Below are positions 43,847 through 52,708 of a stretch of DNA of 64,000 nt, piece after piece. The notes under the pieces are model-generated. The model was not told the origin of the DNA and did no database searches. It saw only the letters and a program-made list of their open reading frames with translations. Each line of letters starts with the position of its first letter. Position 1 is the stretch's first letter. This stretch comes from Fimbriimonadaceae bacterium (GTDB lineage: Bacteria > Armatimonadota > Fimbriimonadia > Fimbriimonadales > Fimbriimonadaceae), in NCBI GenBank assembly GCA_024710805.1, contig JANJUB010000168.1, positions 929-64,928 on the forward strand. The letters run 5' to 3'. A program made the translations under genes and the position numbers.

Positions 43847-45910
43847 TTACCCGGCGCTTGGAGGCGGTGCCGGAACGTTGAACGGTTGAGGATCAGCGAA
43901 GATGTATCGCAGACCCGTCGAGGCATCCGGTGCGGGACCAGGAACGTCATCGATGTTCCGAGCTCCCACGCGCCACCAGATTTGAGTTCCGGGGAGCGTG
44001 CCGAACGTGTCGCGCAGGAACTGCGTCCACGTATCGCCAGGGAAGCGCGCACCGACGGCGATGCTCTGATCGAGCGTGCCGGTGGCCACCTTCGGAGCCG
44101 AAGTCCAGGTTCGATCCCGCGGGAAGTTCGGATACGGCGAGAGCTGGAGGACATACTCGAGCCGCGTCGTGAACGCCGGGTTCATGACCGAGCTGAACGT
44201 GAAGTTCCGGAAGTTGGTGACCGTGTCATTGATGACCGGAGACCGCAGCTGCGACTTGTTCAACGGAGTGGCAACGCCGGGGATGATCGTCCTCTGCGAC
44301 ACGAAGTAGCAGAAGTCTCCCGCACCGCCCGTGGTTCCCGTTCCGCCGGTTGCACCGGTCGCACCGGTGGCACCCGTCGCACCCGTGGCACCGGTTGCAC
44401 CCGTGGCGCCCGTCGAGCCGAGCGTTCCCGTAGCACCGGTAGCACCCGTTGCGCCGGTAGCACCCGTGGTGCCCGTCGTACCCGTGGTTCCCGTGGCACC
44501 CGTTGCGCCGGTCGTACCCGTGCCGCCCGTTCCTCCCGTGCCGCTGTTCGGCAGGTCGAGGATGCTGATTCGGTAGACCGAAGCCACCGAATACTGATAG
44601 GGGCGTCCCGGAGTAATGGCCGTGCCGTTGCCGGTCTGGCCGTTCAAACCTTCGCACACGATGGTGCTAATGTCCGACTGGCTATACCAGGTGAACGTGC
44701 GAGCGTCGCTGGTGTCGTAGGCGAACGTGTTGCGCGGCTCGCTTTGAACCTGCACAGGAGTGTCGCCACCGTCGTTGCGATAGATCAGCCACTGAACGGT
44801 CTGATTACCGCGGAAGAACAGATCCAGGCGCCATCGAACGAGGACTGCCGGGGTGCCGCTCTGATTGGGGAACAGCGTCGCTTCAGCCGTCGGGTTGTTG
44901 ACGGCGTTGTTGTTATTGCTGCGTCCCTGAGACACGAGCAGAGCGACCAAGCCGAGCACGAGGATCAGCGAGATCACGTTGGCATTGCTGCCCTTCTTGT
45001 TACCGCTGGTCTTGACTTCCTTGAAGCCCTTGACCGAGCCGTCCCTTCCGAGATCGACCTTCAGATCATCGACATTGAAGATGACCTGAACGCGGTCGCC
45101 CGGCTGAAGGCCGCGCGAGTCGCGAATGACGCGAATGCTCGCGCTATCCGGTTCGACATCGAACACTTCGGCAACGGCGACCTGTTGCTCACGATTTCGC
45201 GGGCCGCGAAGCACGACAACCTGTTGATTGTTGCGGAAGCCGACCCGGCTACCGTTGTTGATCAGAGCCTCGCGATCGCGAGTGTTCAACACGGCGGCGG
45301 TGATCTGCTGGCGAACCAGCGTCGGGGTGGCCTTGGCGGCTGCGGCGGCGAGCGCCTCAGCTACGATGACCTTGGTGTCGATGTTGCCCGAGCGAATGGC
45401 CGAGCGCTCGACGGCGGTTGCGCCGTTGATCGCGAAGCCAGAAGCGGCATCATAAACCATCACCTTGATGCCGACGATGGCTTGCTTGCCACCGCTGACA
45501 TCATTGACACCCCACGAAACGACTTCGCCGGTAACAATCTTGCTAACGCGAAGTTCCTGGGCAAGCCGAAGTAGGCTGGTCTGATCCGTTACCGGAATCT
45601 GAAGCCCCAACTGCTCGACGGCATTGTTGACATTGCCGCGCATCTCAAGCGTAAAACGATCAGACCCCCGCAGACTCTGGCTTTGAGTAGCCAGTTCGTT
45701 CTGCAGCATGTCCGCCGCTGTTCCGCCAAAGTTCAGACCTTGATTGTCCTTGGTCTTGTCGGAAAAATCTACGATCGCCCACCGCGTATCCGATGACAAC
45801 TGGGCCTCTGCCCGACGCATCGTCATGAGCGTAACGATGGGCACGACCAGAGCTATGGCCACCAAATGGCAGGTTAGCCGCCCCGGTAGCGTGTTCAAAA
45901 AGCGCCTCAC
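43847..45910 (-). CDS. Membrane-anchored protein: CsgG/LpoB-like N-terminal domain, one TM helix, beta-rich domains and a (Gly-X-Thr)n collagen-like tract
   Basis: The N-terminal pattern ([10 protein letters not shown]...[13 protein letters not shown]...RFTLEMR...[12 protein letters not shown]) is typical of CsgG/TolB-N-like modules. The TM helix is [14 protein letters not shown]. About 74 aa of GTG/GAT/GTT triplets are present. Confidence 0.65.
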   Translation of the reverse strand: MRRFLNTLPGRLTCHLVAIALVVPIVTLMTMRRAEAQLSSDTRWAIVDFSDKTKDNQGLNFGGTAADMLQNELATQSQSLRGSDRFTLEMRGNVNNAVEQLGLQIPVTDQTSLLRLAQELRVSKIVTGEVVSWGVNDVSGGKQAIVGIKVMVYDAASGFAINGATAVERSAIRSGNIDTKVIVAEALAAAAAKATPTLVRQQITAAVLNTRDREALINNGSRVGFRNNQQVVVLRGPRNREQQVAVAEVFDVEPDSASIRVIRDSRGLQPGDRVQVIFNVDDLKVDLGRDGSVKGFKEVKTSGNKKGSNANVISLILVLGLVALLVSQGRSNNNNAVNNPTAEATLFPNQSGTPAVLVRWRLDLFFRGNQTVQWLIYRNDGGDTPVQVQSEPRNTFAYDTSDARTFTWYSQSDISTIVCEGLNGQTGNGTAITPGRPYQYSVASVYRISILDLPNSGTGGTGGTGTTGATGATGTTGTTGTTGATGATGATGATGTLGSTGATGATGATGATGATGATGATGGTGTTGGAGDFCYFVSQRTIIPGVATPLNKSQLRSPVINDTVTNFRNFTFSSVMNPAFTTRLEYVLQLSPYPNFPRDRTWTSAPKVATGTLDQSIAVGARFPGDTWTQFLRDTFGTLPGTQIWWRVGARNIDDVPGPAPDASTGLRYIFADPQPFNVPAPPPSAG
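44320..44542 (-). repeat. Coding triplet repeat, (GGN-NNN-ACN)n, about 74 codons, 9-bp sub-periodicity
   Basis: The protein reads [73 protein letters not shown]. The DNA shows ggtgcaccn/ggtagcaccn-type units. Confidence 0.85.
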
Positions 45911-46031
45911 TGTGACGAGTCCTCCTTGTCGGTCCTCTTCGATATCTTGAGCGTCAAGCCCACCCGCATTCGAAGTGTCTCCGCCTTAACGACGCGAGAA
46001 CTCCGGATACAAGTTCGGAATGGCGACGCAC

Positions 46032-46050
46032 CTTTCAGGATTTCTGAAAG
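46032..46050. promoter_or_regulatory. 7-bp inverted repeat with a 5-nt spacer (ctttcag-gattt-ctgaaag), located between the coaE stop and the envelope-cluster start
   Basis: Exact palindromic arms, 71 nt downstream of the coaE stop and 122 nt upstream of the ATG at 45910. Its function (operator or weak terminator) is unknown. Confidence 0.3.
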
Positions 46051-46120
46051 CAAGCGATAGCCACCCAGGCATTGGCACCCAGTTCGGAGCAGTATAGCAC
46101 GTTCATTTCGCCTGTGCAAA

Positions 46121-46708
46121 CTACGAGCGAAAATCTTGCTTTGCCGCTACCAGAACTTCACGACGGACGTCGGCTTGCGGAAGGTTCGTGTGAATGATTC
46201 GATCACCAAATGCAATCTTAGCCCGGGTCGGAATTTGAGCCTGAAGGAGTTCAACAATCGTGCGTTCCTGCGTGGCCGCATCTTCGTTCGGGAGGCGCTC
46301 CCGCAGTCGCCGGCGCTGCTCATCCTTCCCGCAAGTAACCACCCAAACGCCCTCGAAGTGTGAGAACAGCACGGCTTCGATCAGCAGCGGAACTTCGACC
46401 ACTTCGACCTCAGACGCCTCGAGCGCGGCCCAGGTCGGCGGATGCAAGAGCGCATTCAACGTGCGCCGCGCGCCGGCGTCGGCCCCGAGCCGCCGCCGCA
46501 GTTCGGCCCGGTCCGACGTTCCAAATGCGGCCTCGATCTGCTGAAGCACGTCTGGCCGGTGGAATACCTCGCGAGCGATTTCATCAGCCGAGGCTGTCCG
46601 GTATCCGGCCTCATGAAGGTATCCCAGAACCGTCGACTTCCCTTCCGCGATGCCGCCGGTGATGGCCCAAGGCCGCCAGTTTTTGCGCATTCCTGCCGAA
46701 TATGGCAT
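46121..46708 (-). CDS. coaE: Dephospho-CoA kinase
   Basis: The P-loop ITGGIAEGKST is followed by a typical CoaE layout. The start may be ATG at 46708 or at 46690. Confidence 0.88.
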   Translation of the reverse strand: MPYSAGMRKNWRPWAITGGIAEGKSTVLGYLHEAGYRTASADEIAREVFHRPDVLQQIEAAFGTSDRAELRRRLGADAGARRTLNALLHPPTWAALEASEVEVVEVPLLIEAVLFSHFEGVWVVTCGKDEQRRRLRERLPNEDAATQERTIVELLQAQIPTRAKIAFGDRIIHTNLPQADVRREVLVAAKQDFRS

Positions 46709-46737
46709 AATGAAGGTCTGACTGGGAGTCGCAAAAC

Positions 46738-46908
46738 TTGATCTACGTTCACGTTCAACCCAATGAGTCCGTTGATTCGGCGCTGAAGCGCTTCAACCAA
46801 AAGATGCAGCAGAGTGGTTTGCTGCGAGAGTTGAAGGATCATGCGCACTATGAGAAGCCGAGCGAGAAGCGCCGTCGTGCTCGACGTCGCCGCGCTGGTC
46901 GTCTCTAG
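46738..46908 (+). CDS. rpsU: 30S ribosomal protein S21 (56 aa; below the ORF-track length cutoff; TTG start)
   Basis: Hand translation gives (M)IYVHVQPNESVDSALKRFNQKMQQSGLLRELKDHAHYEKPSEKRRRARRRRAGRL, stop TAG at 46906-46908. It matches the S21 consensus (V.V..NES.D.AL.RF...........E.......YEKPSE.RR). Confidence 0.85.
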   Translation: MIYVHVQPNESVDSALKRFNQKMQQSGLLRELKDHAHYEKPSEKRRRARRRRAGRL

Positions 46909-47010
46909 CTCGATTGGGGGCATCCCCAGAACCATAACCGTGGGTCTTTCCTCCAAGCCGCTCAGCCTTTCAATCGCCGTTCGCATTGCGAGCTGCTGAG
47001 CCGCCTGCTC

Positions 47011-47490
47011 ATGGAACCTCCTAGTAGCCCACGAGTCGATTTTTTGAATCTGACCGGTCGCCGAAGGCGATTGAGTCGGATTCGTCATGCCGCGCTAGCG
47101 GTCCTGCAGGGTCAATCACGCGCGGTCGAAATCGTGTTGGTCGATGATGACGCGATCCGCGAACTGAATCGCTCCCACCGCGAAATCGACGAACCCACCG
47201 ATGTCCTGACCTTTCCCGCGCCAGAGTTCCCACGTTCACCGTTGGGAGAGATCGTGATCTCCGTGCCTTATGCCGAGCGGCAAGCGCTCGCCCGGGGAAT
47301 CCGCGTCGAAGATGAGCTCTGCTACCTTGCGATTCACGGTGCGCTGCACCTCCTGGGTCTTGAGGACGAAACCGATGAGGGTCGCCGAACCATGCAGCAA
47401 GCGATGGCGCGCTGGGGCAAGGATCTCGGCCTGCCTGATCAGCCCGAGTGGTCGTCGCTCCTGCATGAGCCCGCGGGAGGCGCCCGATGA
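47011..47490 (+). CDS. ybeY: rRNA maturation endoribonuclease YbeY
   Basis: TDVLTFP plus the metal motif region HGALHLLGLEDETDE. The canonical form is H-G-x-L-H-L-x-G-Y-D-H; the third His is Asp here. Confidence 0.85.
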   Translation: MEPPSSPRVDFLNLTGRRRRLSRIRHAALAVLQGQSRAVEIVLVDDDAIRELNRSHREIDEPTDVLTFPAPEFPRSPLGEIVISVPYAERQALARGIRVEDELCYLAIHGALHLLGLEDETDEGRRTMQQAMARWGKDLGLPDQPEWSSLLHEPAGGAR

Positions 47491-48206
47491 GCGTCGCACC
47501 GAAACGCGACTTGATCGGCCCCGTGAAGGTCGCCATCTCCGGGATGGTCTACACCTTCCGGACCCAGCGGCACATGCGGTTCCACCTCTACGTGGTGCTG
47601 GCGGTCACGCTGATGGGGCTTCTGTTCAACCTCAGCCTTCGCGAGATGCTCGTGCTGCTGTTTGTCATCAGCCTCGTCTTGGTCGCAGAGATGTTCAACA
47701 GCGCGATCGAGGCGACGGTCGATCTTGTTCAACCGAACTACCATCCGATGGCGAAGTTCGCCAAGGATATCTCGGCCGGAGCGGTGCTCATCACCACCAT
47801 CGTGGCCCTCGTCGTCGGCACGCTGATGCTGCTCGGACCTCAGCGGTGGGAGACGATCAAGATCAACCTCACCGCCGATTCGCCGAGCATCCCGTTTGTG
47901 CCCCGCCTCATAACGGGTGGGTTTCTCGTCTTGATCATTGTCATCATTGGTAAGGGCTTGGGCAAGCGAGGCCAAGTCCTGAAGGGTGGACTCGTAAGCG
48001 GACATGCCGCCTTCGGGTTCTTTCTCGCAACTGGCATCATGTTCCTCACCGATCAGCTCGTTGTCGCCGGCCTAGGACTCGTCCTGGCCGCGATTATCGC
48101 GCAGAGCCGGTGGGAGGCCAAGATTCACTCCATTTTCGAGCTATCGCTCGGCGCCGCCGTTGGCGTCATGATGGGGCTGCTTCTGTTTGGACTGATGCCC
48201 AAGTAA
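47487..48206 (+). CDS. dgkA: Diacylglycerol/undecaprenol kinase (DgkA family) with a ~110-aa C-terminal membrane extension carrying PAP2-like motifs
   Basis: The DgkA core is FRTQRHMRFHL, VAEMFNSAIEATVD and AKDISAGAVL. The C-terminal extension has VSGH and SRWEAKIHSIFE, which resemble PAP2 motifs C2 and C3. Confidence 0.8.
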   Translation: MSVAPKRDLIGPVKVAISGMVYTFRTQRHMRFHLYVVLAVTLMGLLFNLSLREMLVLLFVISLVLVAEMFNSAIEATVDLVQPNYHPMAKFAKDISAGAVLITTIVALVVGTLMLLGPQRWETIKINLTADSPSIPFVPRLITGGFLVLIIVIIGKGLGKRGQVLKGGLVSGHAAFGFFLATGIMFLTDQLVVAGLGLVLAAIIAQSRWEAKIHSIFELSLGAAVGVMMGLLLFGLMPK

Positions 48207-48209
48207 CGT

Positions 48210-49682
48210 ATGGACACCGAACGTAAATCAGTCACCGACCCCGCGCTGCTCACCGTCCGACGACAAGTCAGTATGTTCTTGGCGGGTTCGCTCGTGGGCA
48301 TGTTCGTGATCACCCGCGCCGGCCAAATCGGGAGTGAGTCCATGGAGATCATGCCGATTGTTCCCGGCGGCATCGGTGGAATCGTCGGATTGCTGATGCT
48401 GATCCAGGTCCTGAATGGGCTCTTGTCGGCGGGCGAGACATCGGTCGCCTTGCTTCGCCCCGTCCATGTGCGGCACCTTCGGGAGAAAGGCGACAAGCGA
48501 GGGATTCGATTGCAGTCCCTGCTCGACCGTCAGCATCTCGCCTCGGCAGCGTGCCAACTCGGCAGCCGACTTGCCTGGGCAATCATCTTCTTGGGAGCCT
48601 TCCTCCTCGCCCCTTACTTGATGAATGCGGTTGGGCCGTCGATCAACGTAGAGCCAGACAACTTCGGCAGCATCTTGCTTGGCGCCGCGGCGATCATCGT
48701 GTTTCCTCTGCTCCCGCTCACGCTGATCATCGAGCAGGGCTTTCGCAGCTTCGCCATGGTCCACCCGCACGGAGTCGCCGTCCGGATGTACAGCTTTATC
48801 CAGATCGTCAGCTTCATCTTGGCGGTACCGGCGCGATTCGCCACCAGCTTCGCCAAGCTGATCTCCATTCGGCTCAACCGATCGGACTTGGGCGTCTCCA
48901 ATCAAGCCGAAGAGGAGATCAAGACGCTCGTCGAGTCGGCCGAGGAAAGCGGCGAAATCGAGGCCGAGGAGAAGCAGCTCCTGCACTCGGTTTTCGAGTT
49001 CACCGACACGATCGCCCGCGAGGTCATGACGCCCCGAGTGGACATGGATGCTCTGCCCGTCAACAGCGACCCCGCTGAGGTCATGAAGATGATCCGCGAG
49101 ACCGGGCACTCACGCATCCCTCTCTTCGAAGGAACCGACGACCAGATCGTCGGCATTATCCACGCCAAGGACCTGCTCATGGCGATGGTGAGCGGACGCC
49201 AGATCAACCTCCGCTCGCTCATGCGGCCCGCCTACTTCGTTCCGGAAAGCAAAATGCTCCACGAGTTGCTCGCCGAGATGCGGACGAACCGGACTCAGAT
49301 GGCGATCGTTCAAGATGAGTTCGGCGGCACCGCCGGCATCCTCACGATCGAGGACATTGTCGAAGAACTCGTCGGCGACATCGTGGATGAATATGATGTC
49401 GAGGAGCCCGACATCGTGCCCCTCGAGGAGGGTTGGTCGGTCGATGGACGGATGCATCTGGACGACTTGAATGAGGCGATCGGCTCGGACTTCGACAGCG
49501 AAGAGTTCGACACCGTTGGCGGATTGGTCTTTGGCGCGTTCGGGCGCCACCCCAAGATCCGCGAGACGATGGATCTCGACGGCCACCGGTTCACGGTGCT
49601 TCACACCGACGGTCGGAGAATCAACCGGCTGATGGTCGAAAAGCTCGCCCCAATCGGAACGACGGCGACGAGTGACGAGTGA
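48210..49682 (+). CDS. corC: CNNM/DUF21-CBS-CorC_HlyC family transporter-associated protein (CorC/TlyC-like)
   Basis: The N-terminus has TM helices. The CBS pair region contains AREVMTPRVDM and HSRIPLFEG. The C-terminus (DGRMHLDDLNEAIG...TVGGLVFGAFGRHP) is typical of the CorC_HlyC domain. Confidence 0.88.
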   Translation: MDTERKSVTDPALLTVRRQVSMFLAGSLVGMFVITRAGQIGSESMEIMPIVPGGIGGIVGLLMLIQVLNGLLSAGETSVALLRPVHVRHLREKGDKRGIRLQSLLDRQHLASAACQLGSRLAWAIIFLGAFLLAPYLMNAVGPSINVEPDNFGSILLGAAAIIVFPLLPLTLIIEQGFRSFAMVHPHGVAVRMYSFIQIVSFILAVPARFATSFAKLISIRLNRSDLGVSNQAEEEIKTLVESAEESGEIEAEEKQLLHSVFEFTDTIAREVMTPRVDMDALPVNSDPAEVMKMIRETGHSRIPLFEGTDDQIVGIIHAKDLLMAMVSGRQINLRSLMRPAYFVPESKMLHELLAEMRTNRTQMAIVQDEFGGTAGILTIEDIVEELVGDIVDEYDVEEPDIVPLEEGWSVDGRMHLDDLNEAIGSDFDSEEFDTVGGLVFGAFGRHPKIRETMDLDGHRFTVLHTDGRRINRLMVEKLAPIGTTATSDE

Positions 49683-49748
49683 CGGATGTGGGATGTTGTG
49701 GAGAGACCTAACCCGAACTAGCCCACCCTCGCGGTATCTTCCACCAGC

Positions 49749-51263
49749 ATGATCGCCAAAGCGTACGCGGCCACCCTCATTGGGATCGACGCTCATCTCG
49801 TCGAGATCGAGATCGATCTGCGTCCGCCGGGTGATCAGCAGTTCGTGATGGTCGGGCTCCCCGATCAGGCGGTCGGCGAGAGTAAGGTCCGCGTAAAGAG
49901 CGCGATCAAGAACAGCCAGCTCGACTTCCCGAACAACCTCGTGATCATCAATCTTGCGCCCGGGGACCTCCGCAAGGAAGGTCCCGCGCTCGACCTGCCG
50001 ATTGCCGCCGCATTGCTGAGCACGAACGGCCAACTGCCGGCATCAGAACTCGAGCGCACGCTGATCCTCGGCGAACTCGGTCTGGACGGAGCAGTGCGTG
50101 GCATCGATGGTGCGGTCAGCATTGCCCTCATGGCCGCAGAACGGGGCTTTGAGCGGCTCATTCTTCCCAAGCAGAATGCCCCCGAAGCCGCCATCACCCC
50201 AAATCTCGAGGTGTTTGGCGTCGCCAACCTAAACGAACTGGTTCAATTGCTGAACGGAGCTCCCTTCACTCCCGAGTCGTTCATGATGACCCCGGAGTCG
50301 ATCTTGCCCAAGTACGACATCGACTACTCCGACGTGAAGGGCCAGCGCCACGCCATCCGGGCATTGGAGATTGTCGCCGCCGGAGGGCACAACCTGCTGA
50401 TGACCGGCCCGCCAGGCTCGGGGAAGACGATGCTCGCGCGCCGCTTACCCACGATCTTGCCTCCCCTAACGCTCGAAGAGTCGATCGAGGTGACCCGCAT
50501 CTACAGCGCGTCGGGACGCGGAGAGGGCCGCAACGGACTGGTCTGGGAGCGCCCGTTCCGCTCGCCCCATCACTCGGCGAGCCACGCCGCGCTTGTCGGC
50601 GGTGGAAAGACGCCTAAGCCAGGAGAGGTGAGCATGGCGCATAAGGGGGTTCTGTTCCTCGATGAGATGCCCGAGTTCGACCGTCCGGTGCTGGAGGCGT
50701 TGCGGCAACCTCTCGAAGACTCGGTCGTCACGGTCTCGCGGGTCCACTCGACCATCACCTTCCCCGCCGAAAGCATCCTAATCGGCGCGATGAACCCATG
50801 TCCTTGCGGATTCCGCGGTCTGCCCGAGCAAAAGTGTGTTTCCTCGCCGGCAACTTGCGGGCGCTACGCCTCGAAGATCAGCGGCCCGTTGCTCGACCGC
50901 ATCGATTTGCAGATCGAGGTGCCTCGCCTCAAGACCGACGAGCTCCTCGGGATGCAGCCCGGCGAGCCGTCAGCCGCGATCCGAGAGCGGGTGGTCGCCG
51001 CACGCGAACGCCAAGATCGCCGGCTGGGACGATCTCGAGTGAACGCCAAGATGTCGCCGCGGGAGATTCGGGAGCTGGTCGTGCTCGATGAGGAGTGCAC
51101 CGACTTCATGCGGACGGTGATGAATCGCCTGAACCTGAGCGCCCGGGTGTTTGATCGTCTGCTGAAAGTCGGCCGCACGATCGCCGACCTTGCCGGGACC
51201 GAGCAGGTGAACCGAACCCACCTCAGCGAGGCCGTTCAGTATCGCGACCGCACCGAGAGCTAG
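49749..51263 (+). CDS. comM: Mg-chelatase-like AAA+ ATPase YifB/ComM
   Basis: A Lon-protease-like N-domain is followed by Walker A (GPPGSGKTMLA), GVLFLDEMPEF (Walker B) and a Cys cluster (PCPCG...C). Confidence 0.92.
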   Translation: MIAKAYAATLIGIDAHLVEIEIDLRPPGDQQFVMVGLPDQAVGESKVRVKSAIKNSQLDFPNNLVIINLAPGDLRKEGPALDLPIAAALLSTNGQLPASELERTLILGELGLDGAVRGIDGAVSIALMAAERGFERLILPKQNAPEAAITPNLEVFGVANLNELVQLLNGAPFTPESFMMTPESILPKYDIDYSDVKGQRHAIRALEIVAAGGHNLLMTGPPGSGKTMLARRLPTILPPLTLEESIEVTRIYSASGRGEGRNGLVWERPFRSPHHSASHAALVGGGKTPKPGEVSMAHKGVLFLDEMPEFDRPVLEALRQPLEDSVVTVSRVHSTITFPAESILIGAMNPCPCGFRGLPEQKCVSSPATCGRYASKISGPLLDRIDLQIEVPRLKTDELLGMQPGEPSAAIRERVVAARERQDRRLGRSRVNAKMSPREIRELVVLDEECTDFMRTVMNRLNLSARVFDRLLKVGRTIADLAGTEQVNRTHLSEAVQYRDRTES

Positions 51264-52708
51264 CCAGCGAGCTTCTTGGCTTCGGCGAGGCGCGTCCCCG
51301 ACAGCTCGGTGATCTTCCCCAACGCTGCCCTCGCGGCCGGCAAATCGCCGAGGAGCGCATAGCAAACCGCCCTAGCGAAGCGGACCTCGTTCGCCAATGG
51401 GTCGCCAGCCGCCCGGTTCTCGGCATCCGAAAGCAGACCGACCGCAGCAGGCAGCCCGCTCCCGTCGGGCTTGCGAAGCTCGATAATCGCCTGAGCCAGC
51501 ATCAGCCCGAGATCGGTGGGCGAGGCGTGGCGAGCCTCGATCAGGGCGCCATCCCGCGCCTCGGTCCGACCCAGACGATCATAAGCGGCAATGAGGCCCA
51601 TCGCGAGTTCTGGGAGGGTATCGCGAGCCGGAATCGCCTCTCCCACCGCCACGGCCTCGGCGAGCTTGTTCACGCCCAAGAGCACTCGAAACCTCACCCA
51701 TCCGATGCGCTCCGATGCGGGTTGAGACGCCCGCTCGAGCCACGTCAGCCCCTCTTCCAGTCTCTGCTCCCGCACGGAAATGAGCGCCAGGATCTCGGCC
51801 GCCTGGCGAGCCATCAGCGCGTCTGGTCCTTCGGCGATCGACTTCAACCGGGCCCGGACACCCTCCAGATACTTCGCCGCGTCCTTAGGCCACTTCGACG
51901 AGTCGGAACCGGCCTGTTCCGTCTCGTGAAGCACCCGGACTTCGTATGCCTCCGCTTGGGCGAGTGGGTCCTCGGAGGCCAGGCTGGCCGATTCCTTGAA
52001 TCGGATGAACGCGGACAGGGGAATCAGCGAAACCGTTTGGCGTTCGACGATCCATCGCTCCGCGGATTCTACGTACGCCTTGGCCACCATCGCGTCGGCA
52101 CTGAGACGGTGCAGCACAGGATCTTTGGGCTCGAGCTTCACCGCGGCTTCGAGCGCGGCGATACTCTGGTCCAAAGTTGCGTGCCAAGCGGCGGCGTCTG
52201 AGGGTCGCCGAAGCGAAGCGAGGCTCAACGGCAGCCACCGGGCAATTCCGCGCGGCACCAACTCCACCTGGGCGAGCCGCTCGACCTGACGCCGCAACCG
52301 CTCTCCTTCCCATCGCGAGCGCACCGCTCCCGGCGGCAGCTTGGCAATCTGCTCGGCGGCCTCACCATCGCGGTTGAGGCGGACGAGTGCTTCCGCCAAC
52401 TGAACCTCTTGCTCGGGTGTTCGTGTGAACTCCAACAGAGCCGTACGGGCGTTCTCCGCGTAGTCCATGGCGCCGGGGTCGCCCAAGACCTCAAGCCACT
52501 CCGCCGCCCGCAAGAGGATGCGAGGCTCTCGCCGGTCTCGCACCAGTTGCGGGCCCAACGCGGCAAGCTTCGAGGCCGCTTGCTCGCGAGCCAGCGAAGT
52601 CATGTCGATCGCCACCGGCTCAGTCGAGATCGGAATCTCGAGCAACGCCCGCCAGGCGTCGGGGGATGGGGCTTGCCCCAGCATGGCCAAGGCTAAGAGA
52701 ACGGTCAT
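51260..52708 (-). CDS. All-alpha, TPR-like repeat hypothetical protein
   Basis: 482 aa, Ala/Leu/Arg/Glu-rich helical repeats, GC3-biased frame, 4-nt ATGA overlap with the upstream M14 gene. Confidence 0.5.
   Translation of the reverse strand: MTVLLALAMLGQAPSPDAWRALLEIPISTEPVAIDMTSLAREQAASKLAALGPQLVRDRREPRILLRAAEWLEVLGDPGAMDYAENARTALLEFTRTPEQEVQLAEALVRLNRDGEAAEQIAKLPPGAVRSRWEGERLRRQVERLAQVELVPRGIARWLPLSLASLRRPSDAAAWHATLDQSIAALEAAVKLEPKDPVLHRLSADAMVAKAYVESAERWIVERQTVSLIPLSAFIRFKESASLASEDPLAQAEAYEVRVLHETEQAGSDSSKWPKDAAKYLEGVRARLKSIAEGPDALMARQAAEILALISVREQRLEEGLTWLERASQPASERIGWVRFRVLLGVNKLAEAVAVGEAIPARDTLPELAMGLIAAYDRLGRTEARDGALIEARHASPTDLGLMLAQAIIELRKPDGSGLPAAVGLLSDAENRAAGDPLANEVRFARAVCYALLGDLPAARAALGKITELSGTRLAEAKKLAG

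Noticed and set aside
41010-45574. Two long plus-strand ORFs (41010..42959, 649 aa; 43814..45574, 586 aa)
   Set aside because: They are antisense to the envelope-cluster genes. Their translations are dominated by Arg/Asp/His/Gly runs. One reads the collagen-like repeat backwards ([14 protein letters not shown]...). They have no signal peptides or motifs.
46456-47088. 210-aa minus-strand ORF spanning the coaE-ybeY spacer
   Set aside because: It overlaps the coaE 5' end, the hand-identified rpsU on the opposite strand, and the ybeY start. It has no motifs.
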